The notes: generated by a model not told the origin, from the sequence alone. 63,427 nucleotides of DNA, filler included, from Chiloscyllium plagiosum (GCF_004010195.1; 5 parts of one record of this genome joined end to end with filler, not necessarily neighbours in it), one strand, 5' to 3'; positions 39,291 to 53,059 are shown, counted from the first letter of the whole stretch. Numbers and translations are program-made.

Positions 39291-39837
39291 GGAAAATAAA
39301 TCATCATAGCAGCATCCAGCTTTCTTGGAATTATTGAGGCTACTTCTATAGATTGGTTTTAGTTTGTTGAATCATGGGATGTGAATGGCACTGGCCAGGT
39401 TAGCATTTATTGTTTAATTGCCTCAAGGGCAGTTATGAGTCAACCACGTTGTTGTGGGTCTGGAGTCAGATGTCAGCTAGATTAGGTAGGAATGACAGAT
39501 TTCCTTTCCTAACGGACAACAGTGAACAAAATGGTTTTTTAAGATATTCAACCATGGTTACACAGTCACATTTCGACCTACTTATTCCACCAGATTGTTA
39601 CTGAATTCAAGTATCACCATTTGGCATGTTGAAATTTGAACCCACACCCCCAGAAGATTACACTGATGCTCTGGATTACTGGCCCAGTGACATTACCATG
39701 AAGCTATTGCCTCCGTATATATGTCATTTATCAGAGTAAAGATGATGCTTACTCATGGCAATGACCTGCATAGGGAAATCTTTTAATATGGAGAGGCTAT
39801 TGCGATCTAGGTAGCTCAGAGCAGTGCCTGATTCTGT

Positions 39838-41276
39838 GCAGCATCCAAGGAGCAGCGAAATTGACGTTTCGGGCAAAAGCCCTTCATCAGGAATAAAGGC
39901 AGAGAGCCTGAAGCATGGAGAGATAAGTTACAGGAGGGTGGGGGTGGGAGATAGGCAGGTAGGACAAGTCCGGACAAGTCATGGTGACAGTGCTAAGCTG
40001 GAAGTTTGGAACTAGGGTGAGGTGGGGGAAGGGGAAATGAGGAAACTGTTGAAGTCCACATTGATGCCCTGGGGTTGAAGTGTTCCGAGGTGGAAGATGA
40101 GGCGTTCTTCCTCCAGGCGTCTGGTGGTGAGGGAGCGGCGGTGAAGGAGGCCCAGGACCTCTATGTCCTCGGCAGAGTGGGAGGGGGATTGAAATATTGG
40201 GCCACAGGGTGGTGTGGTTGATTGGTAGCGGGTGTCCCAGAGAAGTTCCCGAAAGCACTCTGCTAGGAGGCGTCCATTCTCCCCAATGTAGAGGAGACCG
40301 CATCGGGAGCAACGGATGCAATAAATGATATTAGTGGATGTCCAGGTAAGACGTTGATGGATGTGGAAGGCTCCTTTAGGGCCTTGGATGGAGGTGAGGG
40401 AGGAGGTGTGGGTGCAGGTTTTGCAGCTTTGCGGTGGCAGAGGAAGGTGCCAGGATGGGAGGGTGGGTTGTAGGGGGACGTGGACCTGACCAGGTAGTCA
40501 TGGAGGGAATGGTCTTTGTGGAAGGCCGAAAGGGAAATATATCCCTGGTGGTGGGATCTTTTTGGAAGTGGCGGAACTGTCGGTGGATGATTTGGTTTAT
40601 GCGAAGGTTGGTAGGGTGGAAGGTGAGCACCAGGGGCGTTCTGTCCTTGTTATGGTTGGAGGGGTGGGGTCTGAGGACGGAGGTGCGGGATGTGGAGGAG
40701 ATACGTTGGAGGGCATCTTTAACCACGTGGGAAGGGAAATTGCAGTCTCTAAAGAAGGAGGCCATCTGGTGTGTTCTGTGGTGGAACTGGTCCTCCTGGG
40801 AGCAGATACGGCGGAGGCGGAGGAATTGGAAATACAGGATGGCTTTTTGCAAGAGATAGGGTGAGAAGAGGTGTAATCCAGTTAGCTGTGGGAGTCGATG
40901 GGTTTGTAAAAAATGTCAGTGTCAAGTCAGTCGTCAGTAATGGAGATGGAGAGGTCCAGCAAGGGGGACGGAGGTGTCAGAGATGGTCCAGGTAAATTTA
41001 AGGTCAGGGTGGAATGTGTTGGTGAAGTTGATGAATTGCTCAACCTCCTCGTGGGAGCATGAGGTGGCGCCAATGCAGTCATCAATGTAGCGGAGGAAGA
41101 GGTGGGGAGTGGTGCCGGTGTAATTACAGAAGATCAACTGTTCTACGTAGCCAACAAAGAGACAGGCATAGCTGGGGCCCATACGTGTGCCCATGGCTAC
41201 CCCTTTGGCCTGGAGGAAGTGGGAGGACTCAAAGGAGAAATTGTTAAGGGTGAGGACCAGCTCGGCCAAACGAATG
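39838..41276 (-). mobile_element. Penelope-like element (family A): RT core, Zn linker, GIY-YIG and 3' UTR, frameshifted
   Basis: GVAMGTRMGPSYACLFVGYVE...FLRYIDDC; FLRLRRICSQ; RTPLVLTFHP; LYIGE; 3' hammerhead. Confidence 0.93.
39858..39895 (-). ncRNA. Minimal hammerhead motif (PLE family A)
   Basis: Reverse complement TATTC-CTGATGA-A-GGGC-TTTT-GCCC-GAAAC-GTC-AATTT. Confidence 0.7.
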
Positions 41277-41376
41277 NNNNNNNNNNNNNNNNNNNNNNNN
41301 NNNNNNNNNNNNNNNNNNNNTTAATTAATTAANNNNNNNNNNNNNNNNNNNNNNNNNNNNNNNNNNNNNNNNNNNN

Positions 41377-41533
41377 ACTCTCTCCCCACCCCCCCCCTCC
41401 TCTAGCTTATCTCTCCACGCTTCAGGCTCTCTGCCTTTATTCCTGATGAAGGGCTTTTGCCCGAAACGTCGATTTTGCCTGTCCTCGGATGCTGCCTGAA
41501 TTGCTGTGCTCTTCCAGCACCACTGATCCAGAA
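41377..41533 (+). mobile_element. PLE family A pseudo-LTR, inverted relative to 39838-41276
   Basis: Same 3' UTR as 680-818 and 60829-60959. Confidence 0.85.
41438..41475 (+). ncRNA. Minimal hammerhead motif (PLE family A)
   Basis: CTGATGA 41443-41449, GGGC-TTTT-GCCC, GAAAC-GTC 41463-41470. Confidence 0.72.
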
Positions 41534-43059
41534 TATGTTAAAATTACCCATAGTTTTCAGGGATGTGTAGGTTAAGTGTATTAGTCTGGGGTAAATGTAG
41601 AGCAGTAGTGGAATGTCTCTGAGAAGGGTACTGTTTGGACGGTCGATGTGAACTTGTTGGGCTGAAGGGTCTGTTTCCACACTGTAAGGATTCTGTATCA
41701 TTCTATATCGTAGCCTATGTACTTGTTATTACACCAGTACTGAAATTAAGTTACAATGGTGTGGTAAACAGAACTTGCATTTGTTTTTGATTTGTGATGC
41801 ACATGAGGCCTGTCACCTAGGATTCAAGTCTGTACACACTGAGATGTCTATCTCTGTCTCTGCTAGTTGCATTTGCTCTTTAATGAATTTTCCTTACTGA
41901 GTGCCTAATTCTCCTGGATTTTTGAAAACTCTTTCATTGACACTATAATACATAATAGTACTATTCTCTATCCATACATTTCTCACTAGTATAGACAGAA
42001 CCATCCTTTCATCACAGTATCTGGCAAATGACCATTGGTGTCACTGCTACACCACGGTATATAATTTATTATTTTCTCGATTCTCATTGTACTACAGAGA
42101 TAATGATCAGGTAAATTTGCTACACTGTAAATGGTGTCAATTGGAAGATAAACAGTTTCCAGTTCACTCATAATTGCTGGCAACCATTTTAGAATATTGC
42201 CCAAAGTCAATCGTTGTAGAAATTTGAAAAACACATCCCAAAGTAGCTGCTGAGACTGGATGTCAATTAATAAAAATAAAACCTAGGAATAGTTACGCTT
42301 ATTCTGGAAAAAGGTATTATGTGATCAAAAAGCGACAGTGTGTCGACAGAGTTGAGATACAGATCAGGCATGATCTAACTAAATAAAAGACGAAGAAGAC
42401 TTGAAGGATCTCATATTCCCCCTCCTGCTCATGTGTTTATGTTTCCTTGTAGCTTTATCCAGTAAATAAAAAGACTGCCTGTCTTTCTTTGAAGTTGCAA
42501 AATGAAGAGACTTGAAGAAATTTCCAGAGATTGAATCGCTTCTGTTTTTGCTTCAAATAGTAGAATGATCAAGCAGGGGAACAAAATTTATCTTCAGTTA
42601 CTTGAGATAAAACAGTCTGATTTCTACTTCACATTGTTTTCATGAGAGGTTTGAAAAGTCTCCAAGATTTATTCACGTACAGTGGTCTTTTTAGCTGGAA
42701 AAGAAATGGAGATTTTCTGTAAGGAATTCTGGTGGAATCTTTTGTTAATGTTATGATGTTAGCCTATAGAATTATAATAATATGTTACAAACGAATTGAA
42801 TTATAAATCCCACATAAAATATAAAACAAGTTGATTTTAGAGACTGCTAAATGTTTCATCCCAGTAGGTTCATAATAATGGCTTCTGAAAGGTCAATATT
42901 TAAAGAGGAGAGACAGTTTTAATGATAATCGATTCATCACTTTTAATTGGTCCAGAGCCCCATTCCTGGGAATCTCCGATATTTACAATAAAACATCTTT
43001 TAAAAAATGGGACATTTATTCAAAGCAGAATGTCAATCTTCCTAGGTCTAGTGTAGAAT

Positions 43060-43610
43060 TAGAGGAATGGAAAGAGAGAGAGAGAGAGAGCTGGAAACAG
43101 GAAGAGGGGAAGAGAGAGAAAAAGAGAGACATACAGATAGTGATAGAGGAAGAAAAGGAAACAGCTTTGGAGAGGCAGAGTGAGAGGAAAGAAAGAAAAA
43201 TGAAGACAGAAGTGTAGATTTATAAACAAAGACACAAAGAGACAGGACCAAGAAAAGAAAGTGAGAATGGAGAGAGGGAGACAGAAAAAAAGAGAAAGAG
43301 AAACAGAGACACAGACACAGACTGAGAGAGAAAGAGACAGATGCAAAAAGAGTTAAATGAAGACAGATAAAGGCATTGAAGAGAAGAGAAACTAAGCATT
43401 TTGAGAGAAAAGGGATTGGATTAAGAGACAAATAACGAGGGAGAGGGAGGGAGATAAAGTGGAAGAAGGGTAGAGAAATGGATAGAGGTAGTGAAAATGT
43501 GGTCGAGAAAGAAAGGTAAAGACTGTTAGAAAACAAAAGAATCAAAGGCAATGGGCTACAGGGAGACAGAAAGGAATAAGAAGGGGGAGGAAAGAAAGAA
43601 AAACATGCAA
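43060..43610. repeat. AG-rich low-complexity purine tract
   Basis: (AG)n/(AGAC)n degenerate repeat; source of spurious ORF 43048..43614. Confidence 0.9.
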
Positions 43611-44479
43611 TCAATAAGGTAAATCGTATTAGTCTACATTAATAATTTATATGTACCCTCACATTTGTACTTATGACTGATTACAATTCTGACAATGTTT
43701 TCATTTTTAACCATCAATTCAGTGATTAATTATTTGACTTCTGGATTTTCCTGGAAGATTTATTCTCTCTTGAAGCTTAAAGGGCTGATTGTCTGTGACT
43801 ATGACTGAGCACGATAAGAACTGCAGCATTAAATTGGTAAGTCCCAGTGCATGGATACACTATTAAAGCTGCAGCCAACCATTTAATATTTTTTAAAATC
43901 AAGAGTGGTTGCAGCTATCAAACACGGCCACAAAATATGAGACACATTCATCTTGTGGGTGACGAATATTTGTGTTTCTATTCCAAGATACATATTTCTT
44001 TCATCAATGGCTTTTTACTGGACTGAAGGGTCAAGCAGTGGTAGTCCCAGAAACATACAGCAATCATCAACAGAGATGAACTCGATCAAGCAAGGCCTCC
44101 TCTAGCTAGAACAATCAAACTAACTCTGTAAGCAGAGGAATTCACTCCTCACACCATCTTTAAACTTATATTGTTGCCATTGCCAGAAATCACAGCAAAA
44201 CCTTCTCTGTTAACCACAATCATGAACCACGCTTTCAAAAGATTAGTCTTCCAGCTGGATGCTTGGGCATCAAATAAACATTAAACCAAGTTTAGTGCAG
44301 TGGATTTACATCATGCACATATGACGACTGCACCCCTTCACTTCATGTGGCTAAATGTTTACATCTGTTAATTTTAATACAGTGGGAAATCTCCTTCTAA
44401 GCTCAAGGACGATGAAATAACCTTTAAAGTATACATAATAAACAGCAAGAAAACTTGAGCCTAAATGACAGTTTTTGTG

Positions 44480-44780
44480 ACTTCAGGGCATCCCAAAACA
44501 TTTTACGGCCAATAACATACATCTTATGTTTAATGTGGGTTATCGAAAATAGCAACATTGCAATGAACTCAGGCCCAATCTGTTTTAGTGAGGTTGATTG
44601 TGGGACAAATATTGAGCAAAACACTTAGATAACTCATTCGTTGTTCTTTAAAATAGTAAATGTGGGATTCAGTGAATCCTTCAAGAGATGACATCTCAGA
44701 CAGCACAGTCTTCCCTTGATAATGCTTCCATCCCTATGTTTTGGTGGTCAAATCCCAAGAATAGGACTTGAACCTACAAC
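44480..44780 (-). mobile_element. Ancient Deu-domain SINE relic (SacSINE1/AmnSINE1-like)
   Basis: GGGACAAATATTGAGCAAAACAC...GTTCTTTAAAATAGT...GGGAT and B-box end GGACTTGAACCTACAAC resemble the Deu-SINE consensus as recalled; highly diverged. Confidence 0.45.
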
Positions 44781-45110
44781 ATAGGAACAAGAATAAACCG
44801 TTTAAACATTGGGCCTCTTACACCATTCAACAAGATCAGTTGACCACCTCCTCCCTCAGAGAAAAGTGGATGAGCAACGAATACTTGCCTAGATAGTGAC
44901 AGGAATGCATGAAACAAACTGCTTAATAGAGCTGATCCATTTACTGTCCTTGAAGAAAGACTCTCAACCAAGGTTCATTCTTTCCAGCCCCTTTGCAGAA
45001 ACACGCAAATTTCATATTAAAATCTTGAATATCATTTTCTTGACTGTGGTGTAACAAATAAGCTTTAGAGACATTAAATATAATGTTGTGAACATAACAA
45101 TCTTGACTAT

Positions 45111-45271
45111 TTCTAATTTCTGACACACTGGGATATCCTCCCCAGGCTGAGATAATTGGCTGTCATAGTGATCCAGAAGGAGATTCTGAATTTGTTTTGA
45201 AGCTACCAGATCTTTGTGTATGCCTTGGGCCCAGTCTTGTAGCAATATCACCAGAATTTCAATATCGCACA
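45111..45271. repeat. Counterpart of the inverted copy at 49113-49273
   Basis: Ungapped manual alignment, ~15 mismatches in 161 bp. Confidence 0.9.
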
Positions 45272-46632
45272 TACTTACATTTTCCCATTTTTTGGCTTGC
45301 TACACACATTAATATTCTGGATTCCACCTCCGACATTCAAACAACATCTGTTTTGACTTAATAAAAAGCATCAAATTGTGAATTCTGAAAATCTGAATCA
45401 AAAACAGAAAGTGCTGAAGGAACTCAGTAGGTGTGACATCACGTGGAGAGAGTTAACATTTCATTTCCAGTGATCCTTTTCAGAACTCAGTTTTCACTCC
45501 ACCAATATTGCCAGACCTGCTGAGTTTCTCCAGTAATTTTGTTTTGTTCTTCTTTGTTCTCCCATAGGACGTGAGTGTAGCTGGCAAGGCCAACACTTGC
45601 TGCGCATCCCCAATTATTGAACTAAACAGCTTGATAGGTCACTTCAGAGGGCAGTTATGAATCCATCACATTAGAATCACATATAGACTAGCTGCTCCTG
45701 GTAAAGGGATTTCTATCCCTGAAGGAATATTTGGGAAGCAAATGGCTTTTTTTACAATTAAGGACAGTTTTTCAGTCATCCTCATTCAGACAGCTATAAT
45801 TTCCAGATCATTATTAATTGAATTTCATTTCCATAAGCTGCCAGGTGGGGATGAAGAATCCTAATGATATAATCTCCCCATTCAATGTATTGCCACATAT
45901 TATAAAGACATACTTGTGAGCCTCTGAGCCCCTCTAAAAAGGGGGTCAAAAGTTTGTATCCTGTGGAAATTAAAGGCCAGAAGGCAGGAGGTGAATGACC
46001 AGGTGGGAGGCTCATTGAGAGGCCAACCAGTTAGAAAGTATCTGCAGAATACCAGGACAGGCCAGTGAGGGAAATGTCACTTCAAAATGGAGGCACCTCC
46101 TCTCCAACGTTTTACAAACATATGGTCAATAAGACAGGTTCAGCAGCTGTCCAAACTTATTGAGATGGTTCATCTGAGTGCATGTGTGCATGCATGCACG
46201 TGAGTATTTGAGTGTATGTTGTTGGTTTGGGGAAACACCTGAAGTGTTGACCTTATAAAGACAGTGAAGAGGGCTTGTGAATCTGCCTGGAGCTGACTAG
46301 CCCCGAATTCACAACACCCTCTCCTTTCACATGTCCCTGTCTCTAAAAGACCACCCACAGGCACTCACAATCCCCTGCCAGCTTTCGAAACCTGGATGCC
46401 AACTGGTAAATCAATCCAGACAGGCCTTTACTAGCTTCTCTTGATTACCCATTGCTGCTGGGCCAGTTGCCTTTCTTGCACTCAACTCCCATCTGCACCA
46501 TCATCACATTGGTAGGAAAATGATCTGGGACTGAATGGAGTTGGGAAGTCAGCAGCCACATTGCATTCCAGTTCTGCCAGGGATTAAAAATATTCTGTAC
46601 TTGCCCAAAAATGTATCCCTTTTCCATAAATC

Positions 46633-49049
46633 ATGATAGCAATTACAGCAACATGGCTCAGGGATGGGCAAGACTGGCAGCTTAATGTTCCAGGATACAA
46701 ATGCTACAGGAAAGATAGAAAGGGAGGCAAGAGAGGAGGGGGAGTGGCATTTTTGATAAGGGATGGCATTACAGCTGTGCTGAGGGACGATATTCCCACA
46801 AACGCAGAAATGCATCCAGGGAAGTTATTTGGGTGTGACTGAGAAATAAGAAAGGGATGATCACCTTATTGGGATTTTATTATAGACCCCCTAATAATCA
46901 GAGGGAAAGTGAGAAACAAACTTGGAAGGAGATCTCAACTATCTGTAAGAATAATAGGGTGGTTATGGTAGGGGATTTTAACTTTCCAAACATCGACTTG
47001 GATTGCCATAGTGTTAAAGGTTTAGATGGAGAGGAATTTCTTAAGTGCGTATAAGACAATATTCTGATTCAGTATGTGGATGTATCTACTAGAGAAGGTG
47101 CAAAGCTTGACCTAGTCTTGGGAAATAAGGCAGGACAGGTGACTGAGGTGGCAGTGGGGGAGCACTTTGGGGCCAGCGTCCATAATTCTATTTGTTTTAA
47201 AATAGTGATGGAAAAGAATAGACCAGATCTAAAAGTTGAAGTTCTAAATTGAAGAAAGGCCAATTTTGACAGTATTAGGCAAGAACTTTCAAAAGCTGAT
47301 TGGAGGCAGATGTTCGCAGGTAAAGGGATGGCTGGAAAATGGAAAGCCTTTAGAAATTAGATAACAAGAATCCAGAGAAAGTATATTCATGTCAGGGTGA
47401 AAGGAAAGGCTAGTAGGTATAGGGAATGCTGAACGACTAAAGAAATTGAGGGTTTGGTTAAGAAAAAGAAGGAAGCATATGTAAGGTATAGACAGGATAG
47501 ATCGAGTGAATCCTTAAAAGAGTACAGAGGAAGTAGGAGTATACTTAAGAGGAAAATCAGGAGGGCCAAAAGGGGACATGATATAGCTTTGGCAAATAGA
47601 ATTAAGGAGAATCCAAAGGGTTTTTGCAAATATATTAAGGACAAAAGGGTAACTAGGGAGAGAATAGAACCCCTCAAAGATCAGCAAGGCGGCCTTTGTG
47701 TGGAGCCGCAGATATTGGGGGAGATACTAAATGAATATTTTGCATCAGTATTTATTGTGGAAAACGATATGGGAAATATAAACTGAAGGGAAATAGATGG
47801 TGACATCTTGTAAAATGTCCAGATTACACAGGAGGAAGTCTGTGTGTCTTGAAATGGGTGTCTTGAAGTCTGGATGTCTTGAAATGGGTAAAGGTGAATA
47901 AATCCCTAGGACCTGATCAGGTGTACCCAAGAACTCTGTGGGAAGCTAGAGAAGTGATTGCTGGACCTTTTGCTGAGATATTTGTATCATCGAAGGTCAC
48001 AGGTGAGGTGGCGGAAGACTGGAGGTTGGCAAACGTGGTGCCACTGTTTAAGAAGGGCGGTAAAGACAAGCCAGGGAACTATAGACCAGTGAGTCTGACC
48101 TCGGTGGTGGGCAAGTTGTTGGAGGGAAATCTGAGGGACAGGATGTACATGTATTTGGAAAGGCAAGGACTGATTAGGGATAGTCAACATGGCTTTGTGC
48201 GTGGGAAATCATGTCTCACAAACTTGACTGAATTTTTTGAAGAAGTAACAAAGAGGATTGATGAGGGCAGAGCAGTAGATGTGATCTATATGGACTTCAG
48301 TAAAGCATTTGATAAGGTTCCCCATGGGAGACTGATTAGCAATGTTAGATCTCATTGAATGCAGGGATAACTAGCCATTTGGATACAGAACTGGTTCAAA
48401 GGTAGAAGACAGAGGGTAATGGTGGAAGGTTGTTTTTCAGACTGGAGGCCTGTGACCAGTGGAGTGGCACAAGGATCGGTGCTGGGTCCTCTACTTTTTG
48501 TAATTTATATAAATGATTTGGATGCGAGCATAAGAGGTACAGTTAGTAAGTTTGCAGATGACACCAAAATTGATGGTGTAGTGGACAGCGAAGAGGGTTA
48601 CCTCAGATTACAACAGAATCTGGACCAGATGGGCCAATGGGCTGAGAATTGGCAGATGGAGTTTAATTCAGATAAATGCAAGGTGCTGCTTTTTGGGAAA
48701 GCAAATCTTAGCAGGACTTATACACTTAATGGTATGGTCCTAGGGAGTGTTGCTGAACAAAGAGACCTTGGAGTGCAGGTTCATTCTGGTCTCCTTCCAA
48801 TTGGAAAGATGTTTTTTTCACGTAGAGGGTGGTACGTGTTTGGAATGAGCTGCCAGACGAAGTGGTGGAGGCTGATACAATTGCAACATTTAAGATGCAT
48901 TTGGATGGGTATATGAATAGGAAGGGTTTGGAGGGATATGGGCCAGGTGCTGGCAAGTGGGACTAGATTTGGTTGGGTTATCTGGTCGGCATGGACAAGT
49001 TGGACCGAAGGGTCTGTTTCCATGCTGTACATTTCTATGACTATGACTC
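46633..49049 (+). mobile_element. CR1 (HER1-like) ORF2, endonuclease to 3' tail, with stops and an internal deletion near 48800
   Basis: IAITATWL, GFYYRPP, MVGDFNFPNID, NYRPVSLTS, YMDFSKAFDKVPH, SGVAQGSVLGP, KFADDTK; tail (TATGAC)n. Confidence 0.95.
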
Positions 49050-49332
49050 GAAGTCATCAGACATGAAGTTTTAATTCTGTAAAATTAGTTAGAACATAAC
49101 TAATGTTCTAACTATACGATATTGAAATTCTGGTGACATTGCTACAAGACTGGGCCCAGGGCACACACAAAGATCTGGTAGCTTCAAAACAATTTCAGAA
49201 TCTCTTTCTGGATCACTGTGATAACCAAGTAAATCAGCCTGGGGAGGATATCCCAGTGTGCCAGAAATAAGAACACATTTCTGTGTTCTGTGCCAGACTT
49301 GAAGTTTTAATTAGTTTAAAGTTTTAATTAGT

Positions 49333-49780
49333 TAGAACATAAAACATTACAGCACAGTACAGGCCCTTTGGCCCTCAATTTTGTGCCGACCTGTGAAACC
49401 AATCTGAAGCCAATCTCACTTGCAGTATTCCATCATCTTCCCTTTATTTATCCAATGACCATTTAAATGCCCTTAAAGTTAATGAGTTTACTACTGTTGC
49501 CCTTACTACTCTCTGTGTAAAGAAACTACCTTTGACATCTGTCCTATATCTATCACCCCTGAATTTAAAGCTATCTCCCCTCGTACTCACCATCACCACC
49601 TGAGGAAAAAAGCTCTCTCTATCCACCCTATCTAATCCTCTGATCATCTTGTATGTCTCTATTAAATCACTTATTAACCTTCTTCTCGCTAACGAAAACA
49701 GCCTCAAGTCCCTCAGCCTTTCCTCATAAGACCTTCCCTCCATAAGAGGCAATATCCTAGTAAATCTCCTCTGCACCCTT
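49333..49780 (-). mobile_element. CR1 3' fragment
   Basis: RVQRRFTRILP...SYEERL...DLIETYKMIRG. Confidence 0.88.
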
Positions 49781-50049
49781 CTGGATTTAAAGATCTTTTC
49801 CCACAACAAATATAACTTTAAAATTCCTCCATGCCTGTCCCACTTATAATTCAGTAAACCCCAGCCCCAGTGTTCGAAGATCATAACATTTTTTGTCATG
49901 CCCACAGGAACTTAATCACAAATTGTTAAAAAAGAAATTTTTAAAGTGATGACTTCGCTGGACTTTTAAAAATGGCTGTCAGAAATTACATGACCTACAA
50001 ATTGGTCATAATTCTAGTAGCTTCCAACAGTGGATTTGTTTGAATTGTT

Positions 50050-51625
50050 CCAGGGATGTAGAGGAAAGAATGGCAAAGGTGGTTCTCGATAGGAGCAAGA
50101 GTAACAGGGTAGTTTGTTATGGGGGATCTTAACTTCCCCAATATTGACTGGGAATACTATAGTTCAAGAAGTTTAGATGGGTCAGTTTTTGTTCAATGTG
50201 TGCAGGAGGGTTTTCTGACACAGTATGTAGACAGGCCAACAAGGGGTGATGCCATATCGGATTTGTTACTGGGGAATGAACCCGGCCAGGTGTTAGATTT
50301 GGAGGTAGGTGAGCACTTTGGCAATAGTGACTACAATTCGGTTATATTTACAATAGCAATGGGCAGAGATAGGAATATACCTCAGGGAAAGAGGTCTAAC
50401 TGGGGGAAAGGCAATTATGATGCAATTAGGCATGATTTGAGATGTGTAGGATGGGGAAGCAAACTGCAGGGAATGTACACTCCTGAAATGTGGAGCTTAT
50501 TCAAGGAACAGCTACTGCGGGTCCTTGATAAGTATATACCTATCAGTCAGGGAGGTAAGTTGTCAAGAGAAGGAACCATGGTTTACTAAAGAAGTTGAAG
50601 GTCTTGTCAAGAGGAAGAAGAAGGCTTATGTGAAGATGAGGCGTGAAGGCTCAGTTAGGGGGCTTGAGAGTTATAAGTTAGCCAGAAAAGATCTAAAGAG
50701 AGGGTAGGATCAAGGAAAACCGTAAGGCCTTCTATTGGTATATCAGGAATGAAAGAATGACGACAGTAAGATTAGGGCCAATCAAAGATAGTAGTGGGAA
50801 GTTGTGTGTGGAATCTGAAGACATAGAGGAAGCAGTTAATGAATACTTTTCGTCAGTATTCACATTGTAAAAGGGCAATGTTAGTGAGAATATAGAGATA
50901 CAGGCTACAATATTAGATGGAACTGAGTTTGACAAAGATGAGGTTTTAGCAATCTTGGAAGATCTGAAAATAGATAAGACCCTCGGGCCGGATGGGATTT
51001 ATCCTCGGATTCTCTGAGAAGCCAGGGAGGAGATTGCAGCGTCTTTGGCTTTGATCTTTATGTCATCATTATCAACAGGAGTAGTACCAGAAGACTGGAA
51101 GACAGCAAATGGTGTTCCCTTGTTTAAGGAGAGGCGTCGGGACAACCCCAGTACTTATAGGCCAGTGACCCTTACTTCAATTGTAAGGTGTTGGAAAATG
51201 TTATAAGAGACAGGAGTAATACTCATCTGGAAATGAATAATTTGATTAGGGATAATCAACACGGTTTTGTGAAGGGTATGTCATGCCTCACTAACCCTAT
51301 TGAGTTCTTTGCGAAGGTGACAAAGCAAGTGGATGAAAGTAAAGCAGTTGATGTGCTCTATATGGATTTCAGTAAGGCATTTGATAAGGTTCCACACGGT
51401 AGGCTATTGCACAAAATGCAGAGTTCGGGATTGAAGGTGATTTAGCAGTTTGGATCTGAAATTGGCTAGTTGAAAGAAGACAGAGAATGGTGGTTGATGG
51501 TGGTTGAGTTCTTACTGGTGGTGTGTAGCAAGGATCTGTTTTGGGGCCACTGCTGTTTGTTATTTTTATAAATGATCTGGATGTGGGTGTGGAAGGATGG
51601 GTTAGTAAATTTGTGGATGACAATG
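50050..51625 (+). mobile_element. CR1 ORF2 fragment (endonuclease to RT)
   Basis: MGDLNFPNIDW, QHGFVKGMSCLTN, YMDFSKAFDKVPH. Confidence 0.92.
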
Positions 51626-51749
51626 TGTTGGCCATCAATCGCCCCCTGAAATGATTAGCAAGCCCCTCAATTCAAAGGCAATTTGGGAGGGTAACAAATA
51701 CTGACCTTACCAGTGATACCCACAAGAGAAATAATAAAGCAACACTCTC

Positions 51750-52625
51750 AGGCAGTACATTTCCAACCTTATCACTTGATATGAAACCTGTGAAGCGTTA
51801 AAACATTTTTCCTCATGGTTACCATTTTATTTCTTTTCCCAATGACTTTAACTCCAAGTCGGCTGTTCTTGGATCTTCAACATACTGGGAACAGTTTCTC
51901 CCTTTCCATTGTCTGGGCAATTCATGATTTTAAACACTTCTTTCAAATCTTCTCTCTACTTTCTCTTGCTTAAGGAGAACACCCTCAGCTTCACTAATTA
52001 TATTACTGAAGCATTTTTGAAATTTTTTTCTGTACCCTCTTGAATGCCTTCATATCCTTCCTAATACATGGTGCTCAGAATTAGACTCAATACTCCAATT
52101 GTAGCTGAAGATGCATTTTTAAAGCTTTCCTATAATATTATTGCTTTTGTATTCTATGCCTCTAACTATAAAGCTCAGGATCCTGTATATCAAATTAACC
52201 GCTTTTACAAACGTTCATGCCAATTTTCAGTGATTTTCGTACATATATTCCAAATCCCTCTGCTCTGACTACATCCACTTTGAAAATTGTACCTCTTATT
52301 TTATATTGCCTTTTTCACAATTTCTACCAAACTTAATCACTTCATATTTTAATGTATTACAACTAAATCAGCTATGTGTCTCCCCATTCCATCAGAAATC
52401 CATGTCCACTTTTATCACCAGTTCAACACTGTTTCCTCCACTGTCAACAATATTTCCAAGGTTTGTGTTATCTGTAAATATTGGAACTGTGTCCAAGTCT
52501 AAGCCACTAATGTATAGCTAGAAAAGCAGAAAACCTTGTACAAATGCCTGAGGAACCTCATTGTTTACTTTCCTGCAGCCTGAGAAATTACTGCTCGCTA
52601 CTACAACCATAACTCTGTTTCTGGT
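51750..52625 (-). mobile_element. Old CR1 3' fragment
   Basis: Diverged antisense CR1 RT C-terminal sequence. Confidence 0.6.
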
Positions 52626-52697
52626 CGGACAGCTAATTCTGCTACTAAATCCTTTTTACTAGATGTGTTTTAACACTTCTGAAAAAATTCTGTTCTC

Positions 52698-53059
52698 ATA
52701 GAATCCCTACAGTGTGAAAGTAGGCTATTCAACTCATGGAGTTTGCACCGAACCTCGGAGGAGTATCCCACACCCGTATCTTACCCCTGTAATCCTGCAT
52801 TTCGCATGGCTAACCCACCTAGCCTGCACATCTCTGGATACTATGAGTAATTTAGCATGGCCAATCCACCAAACTTGCACATCTTTGGACTGTGGGAGGA
52901 AACCAGAACACCTGGAGGAAACCCATGCAGTCACGGGGTGAATGTGCAAACTCCATACAGACAGTTGCCCAAGGCTGGAACCAAACTTGGGTCCCTGGAG
53001 CTGTGATTCAGCTGTGCTAACTACTGAGCCACTGTGCTAACCACTGAGCCACTGTGCTC
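52698..53059 (-). mobile_element. HE1-type V-SINE with duplicated head segment
   Basis: V-domain and tail; CTGTGCTAAC(T/C)ACTGAGCCA repeated in tandem. Confidence 0.88.

Noticed and set aside
43048..43614. 188 aa Leu/Ser/Phe-rich ORF
   Set aside because: Antisense of an AG-rich low-complexity tract
45012..45272. 86 aa ORF whose frame is also open in the 49113 copy
   Set aside because: Differences between copies are mostly amino-acid changing; no sign of coding constraint
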